This document shows positions 7,279 to 15,682 of a DNA stretch of 34,817 bases, piece by piece. This DNA is from Holophagae bacterium (lineage in GTDB: Bacteria; Acidobacteriota; Thermoanaerobaculia; Multivoradales; Multivoraceae). Location: positions 1 to 34,817 of the forward strand of contig JAQBHE010000174.1 of assembly GCA_032128015.1 (NCBI GenBank). Direction: 5' to 3'. The notes under the pieces were generated by a model. It was not told the origin of the DNA, searched no databases, and saw nothing but the letters and a program-made list of their open reading frames with translations. The position numbers were made by a program, and so were the translations under genes. Positions within the stretch are counted from its first letter, which is position 1. Each line of letters opens with the position of its first letter.

Positions 7279-10200
7279 CTAGCGCCGGTCGACGCCGGTC
7301 GCCGGCGCGCCGCGCCGCTCGCCGCGGTCTTTGGGGTTGCCGCTGTGGCGGGCCAGGTAGAGCTTCATCTCGCGCACCGGATCCGCTTCCTCCGCGCGCT
7401 CTTCCGCTTCCTCGGCCAGGCCGTAGCGCATCGCGGCGTAGAGCGGCAGACGACCAGGCGCCGGCATCGGACTCTCGGCGCCGCGCACCGAGAACCACAG
7501 GATGCGGTTGAGCTCGTCGGGATCCGCCATGTCGGCATGCACCAGGTTCTGCTCGGCGCTGCGATCGATGAAATAGCGGGTGCGCGCGTCGGCGGTGCGA
7601 CGTTCGGGGTTCATCAGGTTGTCATCGCTGACCAGCGGCAGCACCGCCTCGAATGGCGTCAGATCGGGCTCTGTCTGGAACAGGTCGATCGGCACCGCGG
7701 CAGCGTCGAGCACGTTCATCGGCTCGATCCCCAAGAGCAGCTCGATGGTGCGGATGGCGCTCACCGTGTTGTGGAAGTCGTGGACCAGCGCGCCGCGACG
7801 GTTGTAGGCGCTGATGACGAGAGCCGGCGAGCGATGGCCGTCGACGTGGTCGGGGCCGTTCTGGGCGTCGTCCTCGAGCACGACGATGGCGGTGTCGCGC
7901 CAGTAAGGGCTATGGGACACCTCCTGCACCAGTAGCCCGACTGCCAGGTCGTTGTCAGCGACCATGAACTGCGGCGTCGGCATGCCGACGCTGAGCCCCG
8001 AAGTGTGGTTGCTGCTCAAGCGCACGATGCTGAGGTTGGGTAGGTGGTCGCCGCGACCGGCTTCGAGGTCGGCGATGTAGCCGCGCAGCTCCTCGCGCCA
8101 CACCGAGTAGCGCGAGACCCCGCGAGCTGCTGCCGCGCCCTGGCCGGGATCGATGATCGCCACGTCGACGTTGCCCGATGCGCGAGCTGCCTGGTAGCTG
8201 GCAACCGTCATGACGTCGGGCGTCTCCATGTCGAAGTTGCGGAAGGCGGGGCTGTGGGCGTGCTCGAGCGAACGCTTGGTGGGTAGCGCCAGGACGTTCG
8301 GCGAAAGGTCCGGGTAGGTCTTGGCCAGGTTGCGATTGAACGCTTCGAGGTCCGCCTCGGTGATGGTGGCGACGAACTCGCCGTAGTTGCGAGTGGTGAG
8401 ACCCTCACGCTGGGCCGCGTCCCACAGGTAGAGCGACTCGGGCTCGGCGATGTCGCGCCCGCCCTGGCGGTAGGGGATGTAGCGCTCGAGGAAGCGGGAG
8501 ATGTCGTCGACCGTCACTGGCGTTGGCAGCAGCGGCGGCGAGTCGCGACGCGGCTCGGTCGACGGCAGCCGGTTGAAGCCTTCGAAGTCGTAAGTGCGTC
8601 CGCGCCCGGAGTAGCTCCAACGAAATGCCTTGTCGACGTAGTCGGACGAGAACGCCGCGGTCGACCAGTTGTGGCCGTCGGGAGACGCCTCGGCGTTGAC
8701 GAAGAAGCGGTCGAGCAGGCCGAAGCGCAGCGCCAGCGCGCGTTGGTTGGGGGTGATGCGCTGGGGAGCGCCGCCCAGACGCCGTGCCGCCTCGCCTTGG
8801 CCGAAGATGGCGAGCTCCGGATCGCCGTCCGCGCTGGTGCCGTCGCCGGCCGCCTCGAGGTCGCCGAACACCTGGTCGTAGGTTCGGTTCTCTTTGATCA
8901 CATAGATGACGTGGCGGATCGGCGAAGGGCCGTCGAACAGGCTCTCCTTGCGCTCGCCGAGTAGCCCGTTAGCGCGCATCGCCTCCTGAGTGCTCTCGAG
9001 CAGCGCCGGGCCCTCGGGCTCGCGCATTACGCTCAGGTTGCCGGCCACCAGCGACTTGATGTCCTGGCCGCTCGGCCGCTGGTTGCGTACCGGGAAACGC
9101 TCGTTGGGGGCGTTGGGAAAGAGGCCGTCTCTGGTGACCACCAGCGACGAGCTCTCGAAACCGGTGCCCTTGCCGTTCGCCACCACCAGCCGACCGTTGG
9201 CAACCGCCAATGCCGACGGGTAGAGGCCAGTGGGCACGAAGCCGATCACCTGGCTGTCGGTGGAATCGTCGTCCCCGGCCTCGGAGTCCTCGTCCTCGCC
9301 GGCGCGAGGCTCAACACCACGCGCTGTGTCCGAGAGCTCGACCACCGCGAGCGCCGAGGCGTGGGCGTTGGCGACATAGAGACGCAGGCCGTTGGCGGCA
9401 AGAGCCAGGCCCTCGGGGCTCGCGCCGAGCAGCGTGTCGCGTTCCACCAGCCCGGTGTGGATGCGCTCGACCTCACGCCCCTTCCGGGTGTCGATCACCG
9501 ACACCGCGTCGCCGTTCGAGCACGCGACGTAGAGCCGGGCGCCGTCGGCCGACGCCAACATCTTGGTCGGGTGGCGGGCCACCGGGATGCGTTCCACGCG
9601 GCGTTGCGGTCGGCGCGGATCGATGCGCACCACCTCGCCGGTGGCCCACAGGCTCACGAACACCAGCTCACGACCGCCCCGCGGCACGACTGTCACCACG
9701 TCGTAGGGCTGGGCGTCGATGGTGGGCGTCGGCCGCAGATCGACCGTCACCAGGTCGCGCCGGCCGCGGAGATCGCGCACGATGCCAAGGTTGTCGGCCA
9801 GGTTGTTGGCGGCGTAGAGCGTCTCGCCGTCGCTCGACAGCGCCACCCCCAACGGATAGACTGGTGCCCGGTCGTTGTTGTAACGCGGGCTCGGCGCCTG
9901 GCGCGCGAAGCCTTCCACCGAGATCGAGGCCGCCACCACCTGGGTGTCCGGACCCGGCGAGACTTCGCGGATGGGCTGCGCGGCTGCCGGGTCGAAGGTG
10001 AGCACCCAGACGTGGTTCTCGACGCCGCCCGAGACGTAGAGCGGGTAGCTGCCGTCGCTCGCCGCGCGGTGGTCGAACACCGCTCCCACCGAGGCACTCT
10101 GCGGCGCGGGGAAGTAGACATTCTGCACCACCTGGGGCGGCTCGAGCCCGAGATCGATCACCTGCAGCGATTGCTGGCCGCTGTTGGTCGCGGCGTCGAA

Positions 10201-10485
10201 GCGAACGCCGAAGCCCGAGCACACAACCACCAGGAAGCGACCGCCGCCGTCGGCTGCAAGAGCGTCGGGGCTGCGCACGATGTTCATTCCCATCGCGCCT
10301 ACCGCGGGCCGGCCGGTGGCGCGATCGATCACCAGGTCGCCGGCTGGTCGTAGCTCGCGCCCCTGGAGAGCCCCGGAACGGAGCTGGCCCGAAGCCGGCG
10401 CGGAAAGACCCGGCAACACGCAGGCGAGCGCGAACAGCGCGGTCAAGAGCAATCGGGCGGGGTCGAGCCTCGTCGAGCGCGTCAT
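7279..10485 (-). CDS. Secreted beta-propeller (YVTN/lactonase-type) fused to a phosphoesterase-family (PF04185-like) domain.
   Basis: There is a signal-like N-terminus (LLLTALFALACVLPGLSAPASG). Propeller-strand motifs recur (LYAANNLADNLGIV, LYVACSNGDAVSVID, LYVANAHASALAVVE). The C-terminal half opens with IRHVIYVIKENRTYDQVFGDL, the hallmark start of the phospholipase C / acid phosphatase family. Confidence 0.85.
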   Translation of the reverse strand: MTRSTRLDPARLLLTALFALACVLPGLSAPASGQLRSGALQGRELRPAGDLVIDRATGRPAVGAMGMNIVRSPDALAADGGGRFLVVVCSGFGVRFDAATNSGQQSLQVIDLGLEPPQVVQNVYFPAPQSASVGAVFDHRAASDGSYPLYVSGGVENHVWVLTFDPAAAQPIREVSPGPDTQVVAASISVEGFARQAPSPRYNNDRAPVYPLGVALSSDGETLYAANNLADNLGIVRDLRGRRDLVTVDLRPTPTIDAQPYDVVTVVPRGGRELVFVSLWATGEVVRIDPRRPQRRVERIPVARHPTKMLASADGARLYVACSNGDAVSVIDTRKGREVERIHTGLVERDTLLGASPEGLALAANGLRLYVANAHASALAVVELSDTARGVEPRAGEDEDSEAGDDDSTDSQVIGFVPTGLYPSALAVANGRLVVANGKGTGFESSSLVVTRDGLFPNAPNERFPVRNQRPSGQDIKSLVAGNLSVMREPEGPALLESTQEAMRANGLLGERKESLFDGPSPIRHVIYVIKENRTYDQVFGDLEAAGDGTSADGDPELAIFGQGEAARRLGGAPQRITPNQRALALRFGLLDRFFVNAEASPDGHNWSTAAFSSDYVDKAFRWSYSGRGRTYDFEGFNRLPSTEPRRDSPPLLPTPVTVDDISRFLERYIPYRQGGRDIAEPESLYLWDAAQREGLTTRNYGEFVATITEADLEAFNRNLAKTYPDLSPNVLALPTKRSLEHAHSPAFRNFDMETPDVMTVASYQAARASGNVDVAIIDPGQGAAAARGVSRYSVWREELRGYIADLEAGRGDHLPNLSIVRLSSNHTSGLSVGMPTPQFMVADNDLAVGLLVQEVSHSPYWRDTAIVVLEDDAQNGPDHVDGHRSPALVISAYNRRGALVHDFHNTVSAIRTIELLLGIEPMNVLDAAAVPIDLFQTEPDLTPFEAVLPLVSDDNLMNPERRTADARTRYFIDRSAEQNLVHADMADPDELNRILWFSVRGAESPMPAPGRLPLYAAMRYGLAEEAEERAEEADPVREMKLYLARHSGNPKDRGERRGAPATGVDRR

Positions 10486-10559
10486 CGGTGGTCTCCCTGT
10501 GGTTTCGGGCAGCGTAGCAGGGTGGGCGCCCCATCCGGCGACGATCGTGCCGACATCCG

Positions 10560-10853
10560 CTATGCAGGAAGCACCCCGGCGACCACTCGGCGCCGCACTC
10601 CGCCTGTCGCTATCAGGCCTCCGTGTAGAGGCCTCGAGACCCCAAGATCGCGGGCCGGCACGTTTGGATCGAGCCCCGGGAGATTCGCCGCACCCTCGAC
10701 CGACTTCTCCAAGCAGGTGACTTCATCGGTGATCGGTGGCGTCACGGCGTCGGCCGAAGTCAGCGGGTTGGCCATGGGCTTCACATCGAGGCCCGGGTCG
10801 CGACCGCATCCGGCGAGAAGAACGAGAACAAAGAGACGGGTGTGTGGGTGCAA
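10560..10853 (-). CDS. Small putative lipoprotein (97 aa).
   Basis: A TTG start at 10853 is preceded by GGAG 8 nt upstream. The N-terminus (M)HPHTRLFVLVLLAGCG has a charged n-region, a hydrophobic core and a LAGC lipobox. It sits between DUF922 and the propeller gene on the same strand. No family was recognised. Confidence 0.45.
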   Translation of the reverse strand: MHPHTRLFVLVLLAGCGRDPGLDVKPMANPLTSADAVTPPITDEVTCLEKSVEGAANLPGLDPNVPARDLGVSRPLHGGLIATGGVRRRVVAGVLPA

Positions 10854-10903
10854 GTGAGTCGCTCCAGTGGTGGCAATGAGGGGCGCTGATGACGAGGTGC
10901 TCG

Positions 10904-11536
10904 TCAGCGATTCTCGGTCTCGACCAACCACTGCTCGATGGTCTGCCACCACTTCTTCTGACGTGACTTCTTGGTGCCATGAACCGTCTCGCCGTCGTAG
11001 CGACTCTGGAGCTGATCGCAGCTGGTGACAGACTGTCGGTAGAGACGCTCGATCTGCTGGGCGAGCGCCTGACCGGCGAGCTCTTCGGTGTCTGCACGAG
11101 CCGAGAGCTCGGCCGTGCTGAGCTCGCCGCGTAGCCGCCGCGCGCACACCTCGGTGATGTCGAAATGCCCCTGCTCATGGGCTAGCGTCCATTCGCTTCG
11201 AGAGCCGGCCTTGTACTTCGATTCCAGTCGATTCATCGCCGCGTACACCCGTAGCCGCTGAAGGCGGGCGGTGACCTCGCCGTCTGGACCGCTTGGCTCG
11301 AAGTCGAAGGCCACCTGGTCGACGAAGACCTGGGCGAGGATTCCCGCTGCCTCTCGCCGGAAGCGACCGATCTCACCGTTGAAGTCCTCCCAGGTCAGTG
11401 CCCGCCAGGTCGCGACGGCCCCGTCGTCGATCTCGGGTACTCCGATGAGGAGTGGCGTAGGGTCGTCCAACGCCGACATCGCGCCGGGCAGCAGGATGAA
11501 CAGCAACCCGGCGGGGAGGAATCGCCGATGGATCAT
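10904..11536 (-). CDS. DUF922 domain protein (predicted secreted Zn-metallopeptidase-like).
   Basis: It has a signal-like N-terminus (FLPAGLLFILLPGAMSA) and the family signature LAHEQGHFDITE. Confidence 0.8.
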   Translation of the reverse strand: MIHRRFLPAGLLFILLPGAMSALDDPTPLLIGVPEIDDGAVATWRALTWEDFNGEIGRFRREAAGILAQVFVDQVAFDFEPSGPDGEVTARLQRLRVYAAMNRLESKYKAGSRSEWTLAHEQGHFDITEVCARRLRGELSTAELSARADTEELAGQALAQQIERLYRQSVTSCDQLQSRYDGETVHGTKKSRQKKWWQTIEQWLVETENR

Positions 11537-11590
11537 CTCGTAAGTCTAGTTCGGGTTTGCCCTGCCTCTGTTTCTATCGAGTTGTCCGCG

Positions 11591-11632
11591 CTGTTGCGAG
11601 CCGTCGGCCAGGAGCTCCGCCTCCTCGTCGGC
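11591..11632 (+). repeat. Repeat R1, copy A: a 42-nt fragment of a DUF5674 gene (antisense reads DEEAELLADGSQQ), 40/42 identical to 30408..30449.
   Basis: Direct comparison gives ctgttgCgagccgtcggccagGagctccgcctcctcgtcggc here and ctgttgGgagccgtcggccagAagctccgcctcctcgtcggc at 30408. Confidence 0.85.
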
Positions 11633-11676
11633 TCTGCTGCGGTTCGGTTCGCTGCGCGCCCCGGCCTTGCATGAAT

Positions 11677-11692
11677 GTGCAACATGTAGCAC
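11677..11692. promoter_or_regulatory. 16-bp near-palindrome 10 nt upstream of the antitoxin start. Candidate TA operator.
   Basis: The sequence GTGCaACATGTaGCAC pairs at 14 of 16 positions. An upstream TTGCAT (11667-11672) could be a -35 element. Confidence 0.3.
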
Positions 11693-11701
11693 ACTCGCTG
11701 C

Positions 11702-11938
11702 ATGCGCACCGCCGGTATCCGGGAGGTCCGTCAGAATCTCTCGGCTCTCCTCCGCGAGGTCAAGAAGGGTCGAGAGATCGTCATCACCGACCGCGGCGAG
11801 CCGGTCGCACGCCTGGCACCGCCGGCCTTCAGCGCGGCGCGGCCGTTCCCCGATCTCGCCGCCTTTCGCCGCACACTGCCGCGTCTCGAGCCGCCGCTCT
11901 CGGCGGCCGTGATGGAGGATCGTGCCGACCGCCTCTGA
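11702..11938 (+). CDS. Type II antitoxin, Phd/YefM (prevent-host-death) type, partner of VapC.
   Basis: The N-terminus MRTAGIREVRQNLSALLREVKKGREIVITDRGEPVARL is the typical Phd/YefM fold signature. It overlaps the downstream PIN gene by 17 nt. Confidence 0.85.
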   Translation: MRTAGIREVRQNLSALLREVKKGREIVITDRGEPVARLAPPAFSAARPFPDLAAFRRTLPRLEPPLSAAVMEDRADRL

Positions 11939-12401
11939 CGAGCGGGAGAGCGCGGCGCTTGTCGGTCCGCTCTACTGCGACGCCAGCGCCCTCGCCAAGC
12001 TGTTTCTCCCGGAGGAAGGAAGCGAGGATCTCAATAGCCGTATCGCTGGGCGCGACGATCTGCTGGTCTCGGATCTAGCGGTGACGGAGGTTGCGTCGGC
12101 GCTCGCCCGGCGCAGCCGTGAAGGCTCGTTACCCGCCGCCGCTTCCCGCCGCGTCCACCGCAGAATCCTCGCGACGTTGGCAGAGGGAGCCTTCCGCCGC
12201 CTCGACCTCCTCGGCTCGACTCACCGCGACGCCGAACGGCTGCTGCTCGTCAGCGAGCGCGTCGCGCTGCGTGCCGCCGATGCCCTCCATCTCGCCCTCG
12301 CTCTCGGCGTCGGCGCCGGCACGTTGCTCACCTACGACCGCACGATGGCGCGCATCGCGCAGGCCCAGGGCCTCGCTGTCTATCCGGAGGTCGCGACCTG
12401 A
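11922..12401 (+). CDS. vapC: PIN-domain ribonuclease toxin VapC.
   Basis: The conserved acidic residues are in the expected context: LYCDASALAKLF (first Asp), VTEVASAL (Glu), RAADALHLALAL (Asp) and LLTYDRTMA (C-terminal Asp). Confidence 0.85.
   Translation: MPTASDERESAALVGPLYCDASALAKLFLPEEGSEDLNSRIAGRDDLLVSDLAVTEVASALARRSREGSLPAAASRRVHRRILATLAEGAFRRLDLLGSTHRDAERLLLVSERVALRAADALHLALALGVGAGTLLTYDRTMARIAQAQGLAVYPEVAT
11990..12024 (+). repeat. Repeat R2, copy A: 35 nt inside the vapC 5' region, 34/35 identical to 30689..30723.
   Basis: The sequence cctcgccaagctgtttctcccggaggaAggaagcg here compares with ...ggaggaCggaagcg at 30689. Confidence 0.85.
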
Positions 12402-12410
12402 GCCTCGCTC

Positions 12411-12530
12411 CTAGGTCGCGCTACTCAGCGCGGTGCTCGGATCCTGACGGATTGCTCGCTGCGCCGGCACCAGCGTCGCCGGGATCAACGCCGTAGCAAA
12501 CAGGAGCACGACTGCATGAGCGAGATGGCC
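12411..12530 (-). pseudogene. 3'-terminal remnant of an FtsX-family (MacB/ADOP-like) ABC permease gene.
   Basis: The translation ...VVLLFATALIPATLVPAQRAIRQDPSTALSSAT* matches the characteristic last helix plus the PA.RA.R.DP..AL tail of FtsX permeases. Nothing permease-like lies upstream. Confidence 0.6.
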
Positions 12531-12569
12531 GACGGCTAGCCGAGGACGCCCTCGTGCCGGGATGGGGAT

Positions 12570-12599
12570 GGACCAAAATATCGGCCTATTATCTGGTCC
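12570..12599. promoter_or_regulatory. AT-rich inverted repeat containing a TATTAT -10-like box, just upstream of the Phd/YefM start. Candidate promoter/operator.
   Basis: The sequence is GGACCA-aaatatcggcctattatc-TGGTCC. It is followed by GGAGG (12602-12606) and the TTG start at 12616. Confidence 0.3.
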
Positions 12600-12615
12600 T
12601 TGGAGGAACTCTCCC

Positions 12616-12894
12616 TTGTCTACCGTTCCGCTGTCCCAGGCCAAGACTCATCTCGCCAGGCTGCTCGCCGAAGTCGAGGCAGTAGGCGAACCCGTCGTGA
12701 TCACCCGCTCCGGACGCCCGGCCGGCGTGTTGGTGTCCGTGAGCGAGTACGAGGGGTTGCTCGAGACGCTGGAGGTCCTGGCCGATCGCGAGCTGTCCCA
12801 GGCGATCGAGAGGGGCCTGGCGGAAGCGACAGCCGGCGAACTACTGGGTCACGACGAGGTCTGGGATGGCCTGGACACTTCAGTACCCGACTAG
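12616..12894 (+). CDS. Type II antitoxin, Phd/YefM family.
   Basis: The sequence reads (M)STVPLSQAKTHLARLLAEVEAVGEPVVITRSGRPAGVLVSVSEYEGLLETLE. The TTG start has GGAGG 9 nt upstream, and the tracked ORF's upstream 18 codons are probably not translated. Confidence 0.8.
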   Translation: MSTVPLSQAKTHLARLLAEVEAVGEPVVITRSGRPAGVLVSVSEYEGLLETLEVLADRELSQAIERGLAEATAGELLGHDEVWDGLDTSVPD

Positions 12895-13141
12895 CGCCGC
12901 GCGAGCCATTCGCAGGCTCGATCCCGCCATCCGCCGCCGCGTCCTGGCCGCCGTCGAGAAGCTGGCCGCGGAGCCCGAGCACGGGAAAGCTCTGCAGCTG
13001 ACGCTCAAGGGCCTTCGGTCGTGGCGGACCGGTGACTTCCGAATCGTCTATCGCGTGGTCGAGAGCCGGCTGGAGATTCTCGTTGTCGCCCTCGGCCATC
13101 GCCGCGAGGTGTACGAGAGGCTGCGCGAGCGCCTCGAGTAG
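12866..13141 (+). CDS. Type II toxin, RelE/ParE family.
   Basis: The 91-aa sequence ...AIRRLDPAIRRRVLAAVEKLAAEPEHGKAL...LRSWRTGDFRIVYRVVESRLEILVVALGHRREVY is a classic RelE/ParE pattern. It overlaps the antitoxin 3' end. Confidence 0.85.
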   Translation: MAWTLQYPTSAARAIRRLDPAIRRRVLAAVEKLAAEPEHGKALQLTLKGLRSWRTGDFRIVYRVVESRLEILVVALGHRREVYERLRERLE

Positions 13142-13503
13142 GTCGCGCCGCCCCGGTCCCTATCGGGATCGCTCCGCGGCGGGCGGGTACGGCCGCTTGC
13201 CAGGCATCGAACGAAGTCTTGCGGCTTCCGCTACGCTCCGGTCTACGATGCTCACTGGGCGCCCGAGCTACGCTCGGTGTCCCGAGGGCATCCACGACCC
13301 GCGGAGGCCAGCGGGCCGTTCGATCTTCTGCCGATGTGCTGCGACGAGGCTGGGACGAACTCGGCTCAGGGGTCTAATCGTGGTTGCAGCGGAGATCCCA
13401 TCGGACATGGCCTTCGCTCGCCACCGAAAACACTCTTCGATTCCGGAGTCGAACTCCGCCGCGCGGGCCCCGGCTTTCGGCGTTCGGGTGTCGAGACCTT
13501 GAG

Positions 13504-14565
13504 ATGGAAGCCCGGCAAGCCGTGACGACGTTGGGTGCGTGCCGATTGTCGACGCGGATCAGCGTTGTGATCCCCGCCCATGACGCCGCCGCGAGCTTGC
13601 CGGCGGTGCTACGGGCGCTCGTTCCCCAGGCTGGCGAGGCCGAGGTCGTGGTCGTCGATGCGGGTTCCGCCGATGCCACCGCCGCGGCCGCGGCCGCCGG
13701 CGGCGTATCGGTGCTGAGGCTCGATGGCCGCCGTGGACCCGCCGAGGCCAGAAACGCCGGGGCGCTCGCGAGTGCTGGCGACGTGGTGCTGTTCCTGGAT
13801 GCCGACTGCGTGCCTCACCCTGACCTCATAGAGCGAGTGCGGTCGTCGTTCGACGGCGACCGGGGGCTGGTCAGCCTGTGTGGCTCGTACGACGACGACC
13901 CCCTGCCCGGCTTCTTCACCCGCTACATGAACCTGCGCCACCACTACTTCCACCAAACCGCTCGAACCGACTGCGCCACGTTCTGGGCCGGCTGCGGCGC
14001 GGTTCGCAGAGAAGACTTCTTGGCGGTCGGCGGCTTCGACGAGCGACGCTACCCGCTGCCGATGATCGAGGATCTCGAGCTCGGGCTGCGTCTTAGGGCT
14101 TGCGGGTCCACTCGTCTGGATCCCGACTTGCGAGTGCGGCACCTGAAACGTTGGACGCTTCGCGGAGTGCTCGAAGCGGACATCGTGAGGCGGGCGCTGC
14201 CATGGACCGCGTTGATCTTCGAGACCGGCCACCTTTCGGACGACCTCAACCTGCGCTGGTCGCAGCGGCTCGCCGCGCTGTTAGCACCGCTGGTGCTCGC
14301 GAGTCCGCTGATCGTGACGTGGGCTCTCGTCTCCGCCAACCCCGTTGTGCTCGCGGTGCTGGTGCCGTTGCTCGCCCTCTCGTTGTGGTCTCAGGCCGGT
14401 CTCGTCAGACTGTTCGCGAGGGTCGGCGGCTGGCGACTGGCGCTGCCGGCGTTCGCGTTTCACCAGGTGCACCACCTCTGCTGCCTTGGAGCGTTCGGTT
14501 GGGGCGCGGGACGTCACCTCCTGCGCCGGGCGGTTCGGGGAACTCGCCGATGGGTGGCGCCGTGA
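13504..14565 (+). CDS. Family 2 glycosyltransferase with a C-terminal membrane-helix region.
   Basis: GT2 segments seen are ISVVIPAHDAAASL, VVVVDAGSADAT, ARNAGA, the DxD region LFLDADC, and GCGAVRREDFLAVGGFDE...IEDLELGLRL. The last ~120 aa contain several hydrophobic helices (LAALLAPLVLASPLIVTWALV..., VVLAVLVPLLALSLW...). I chose the ATG at 13504. Confidence 0.85.
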   Translation: MEARQAVTTLGACRLSTRISVVIPAHDAAASLPAVLRALVPQAGEAEVVVVDAGSADATAAAAAAGGVSVLRLDGRRGPAEARNAGALASAGDVVLFLDADCVPHPDLIERVRSSFDGDRGLVSLCGSYDDDPLPGFFTRYMNLRHHYFHQTARTDCATFWAGCGAVRREDFLAVGGFDERRYPLPMIEDLELGLRLRACGSTRLDPDLRVRHLKRWTLRGVLEADIVRRALPWTALIFETGHLSDDLNLRWSQRLAALLAPLVLASPLIVTWALVSANPVVLAVLVPLLALSLWSQAGLVRLFARVGGWRLALPAFAFHQVHHLCCLGAFGWGAGRHLLRRAVRGTRRWVAP

Positions 14566-14611
14566 CCGCGAATCTCGCGTCGCCCTCGTCGGTGCACCCG
14601 AGGTCCGCCGG

Positions 14612-15682
14612 TCATCGCGCTGCGGCCAAGAGTTGGACGCGGTTGGCGAAGTAGGTCGACCATTGCTCGCGTCGATTGCGCCGCCAGGCCTCCGGGCGCC
14701 GTTCGAGCGGCACGACCTCGTAGTCGTAGTCCCTCAATGCCTGGCCGAGGTGACGGTTGACGAGGGCGATCTCGTAGGGTGTGATCTCGGACCGCCAGTC
14801 CTCGAGCGGCGTGTGATCGATGCCCGAGAAGCGTCTTCCAGACGTGCTGTTGCCGGTCCACGGTTGGCCGAGAAGAGTCGGCTCGAGGCGGATGTCGGCG
14901 CCTGCGATCCCGAGAAAGGCGGCGAGCTCGGCGAGCACCGAGGTCGGATCGCTCACCAGGGTCTCGTAGCGAACGACTCGGTAGCATTCGCCGAGGTTCC
15001 GCCGGTTGACGGCGGCCAGTTCGTAGGACGATCGCAGCTCCCGGAGGGATGGGCGCAGCGAAGGATAGCGAGGCGTGCGGCCGACCAGGTGGTCGCCGGT
15101 CGCGACTCGTCTTAGCGCGCGCAGGGTCGCATAGGGGTTGCGGACGACGTGGAGGAAGCGGGCGTTCGGGAACCACTCCCGCAACAGCGGCGCGTACTCC
15201 TCTTGGTGCGGCGACTTCTCGACCCATCTCCGGGTCGCGAGGTCACCGCTCGCTTGACCGGTGGCGGCGAGCAGCGCCTCGAAGAAGCGCCGATAGATCT
15301 CGCGATGGGACCGCAGCGCCGGGGGGGCGAGGACGGTGTGTACGAAGACCTCGGGGTCCAGCGGCGAGAAGTCGTGAGGAGGGTCGACGCGGATCCGGCG
15401 TTCGAGCCGCGCCAGTCGCTCGGGGTCTCGCACCTGGAGGAAGAACAGCTGGTCGAGCATCGCCTCGGCGATCGCCGGCGGTTCGACGAGTCGGCCGAGC
15501 TTGCGGAACCCAAGCCGGCTCGGGTGATCCGAGAAGCGGAAGACGTTGAGCTCGGAGGGCATCACCAGGAGCTCGGGGTGGCCGTCGAGCAGGGCCTGGA
15601 GCAGGGTGGTCCCTGACTTGGCGCAACCGACGATGAACACCGGTCCTGTCGCGGGCGACGACCACGGGTCGCGGTCGGTCAT
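14612..15682 (-). CDS. Sulfotransferase family protein (PAPS-dependent type).
   Basis: A 5'-PSB-like loop VFIVGCAKSGTTLL sits near the N-terminus, with RNPYATL (3'-PB-like) further on. The start overlaps the upstream methyltransferase stop (ATGA at 15679-15682). Confidence 0.8.
   Translation of the reverse strand: MTDRDPWSSPATGPVFIVGCAKSGTTLLQALLDGHPELLVMPSELNVFRFSDHPSRLGFRKLGRLVEPPAIAEAMLDQLFFLQVRDPERLARLERRIRVDPPHDFSPLDPEVFVHTVLAPPALRSHREIYRRFFEALLAATGQASGDLATRRWVEKSPHQEEYAPLLREWFPNARFLHVVRNPYATLRALRRVATGDHLVGRTPRYPSLRPSLRELRSSYELAAVNRRNLGECYRVVRYETLVSDPTSVLAELAAFLGIAGADIRLEPTLLGQPWTGNSTSGRRFSGIDHTPLEDWRSEITPYEIALVNRHLGQALRDYDYEVVPLERRPEAWRRNRREQWSTYFANRVQLLAAAR

Noticed and set aside
13441-13475. 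A tRNA T-arm-like string (ccggaGTCGAACtccgcc) in the 363-bp spacer upstream of the GT2 gene, considered as a tRNA or an att-site fragment.
   Set aside because: The stem has only 4 clean pairs and the loop deviates from TTCRANY. No matching acceptor 5' strand or anticodon arm lies upstream. It is not supportable as a tRNA or tRNA fragment by eye, and tRNAscan-SE or Aragorn would settle it.
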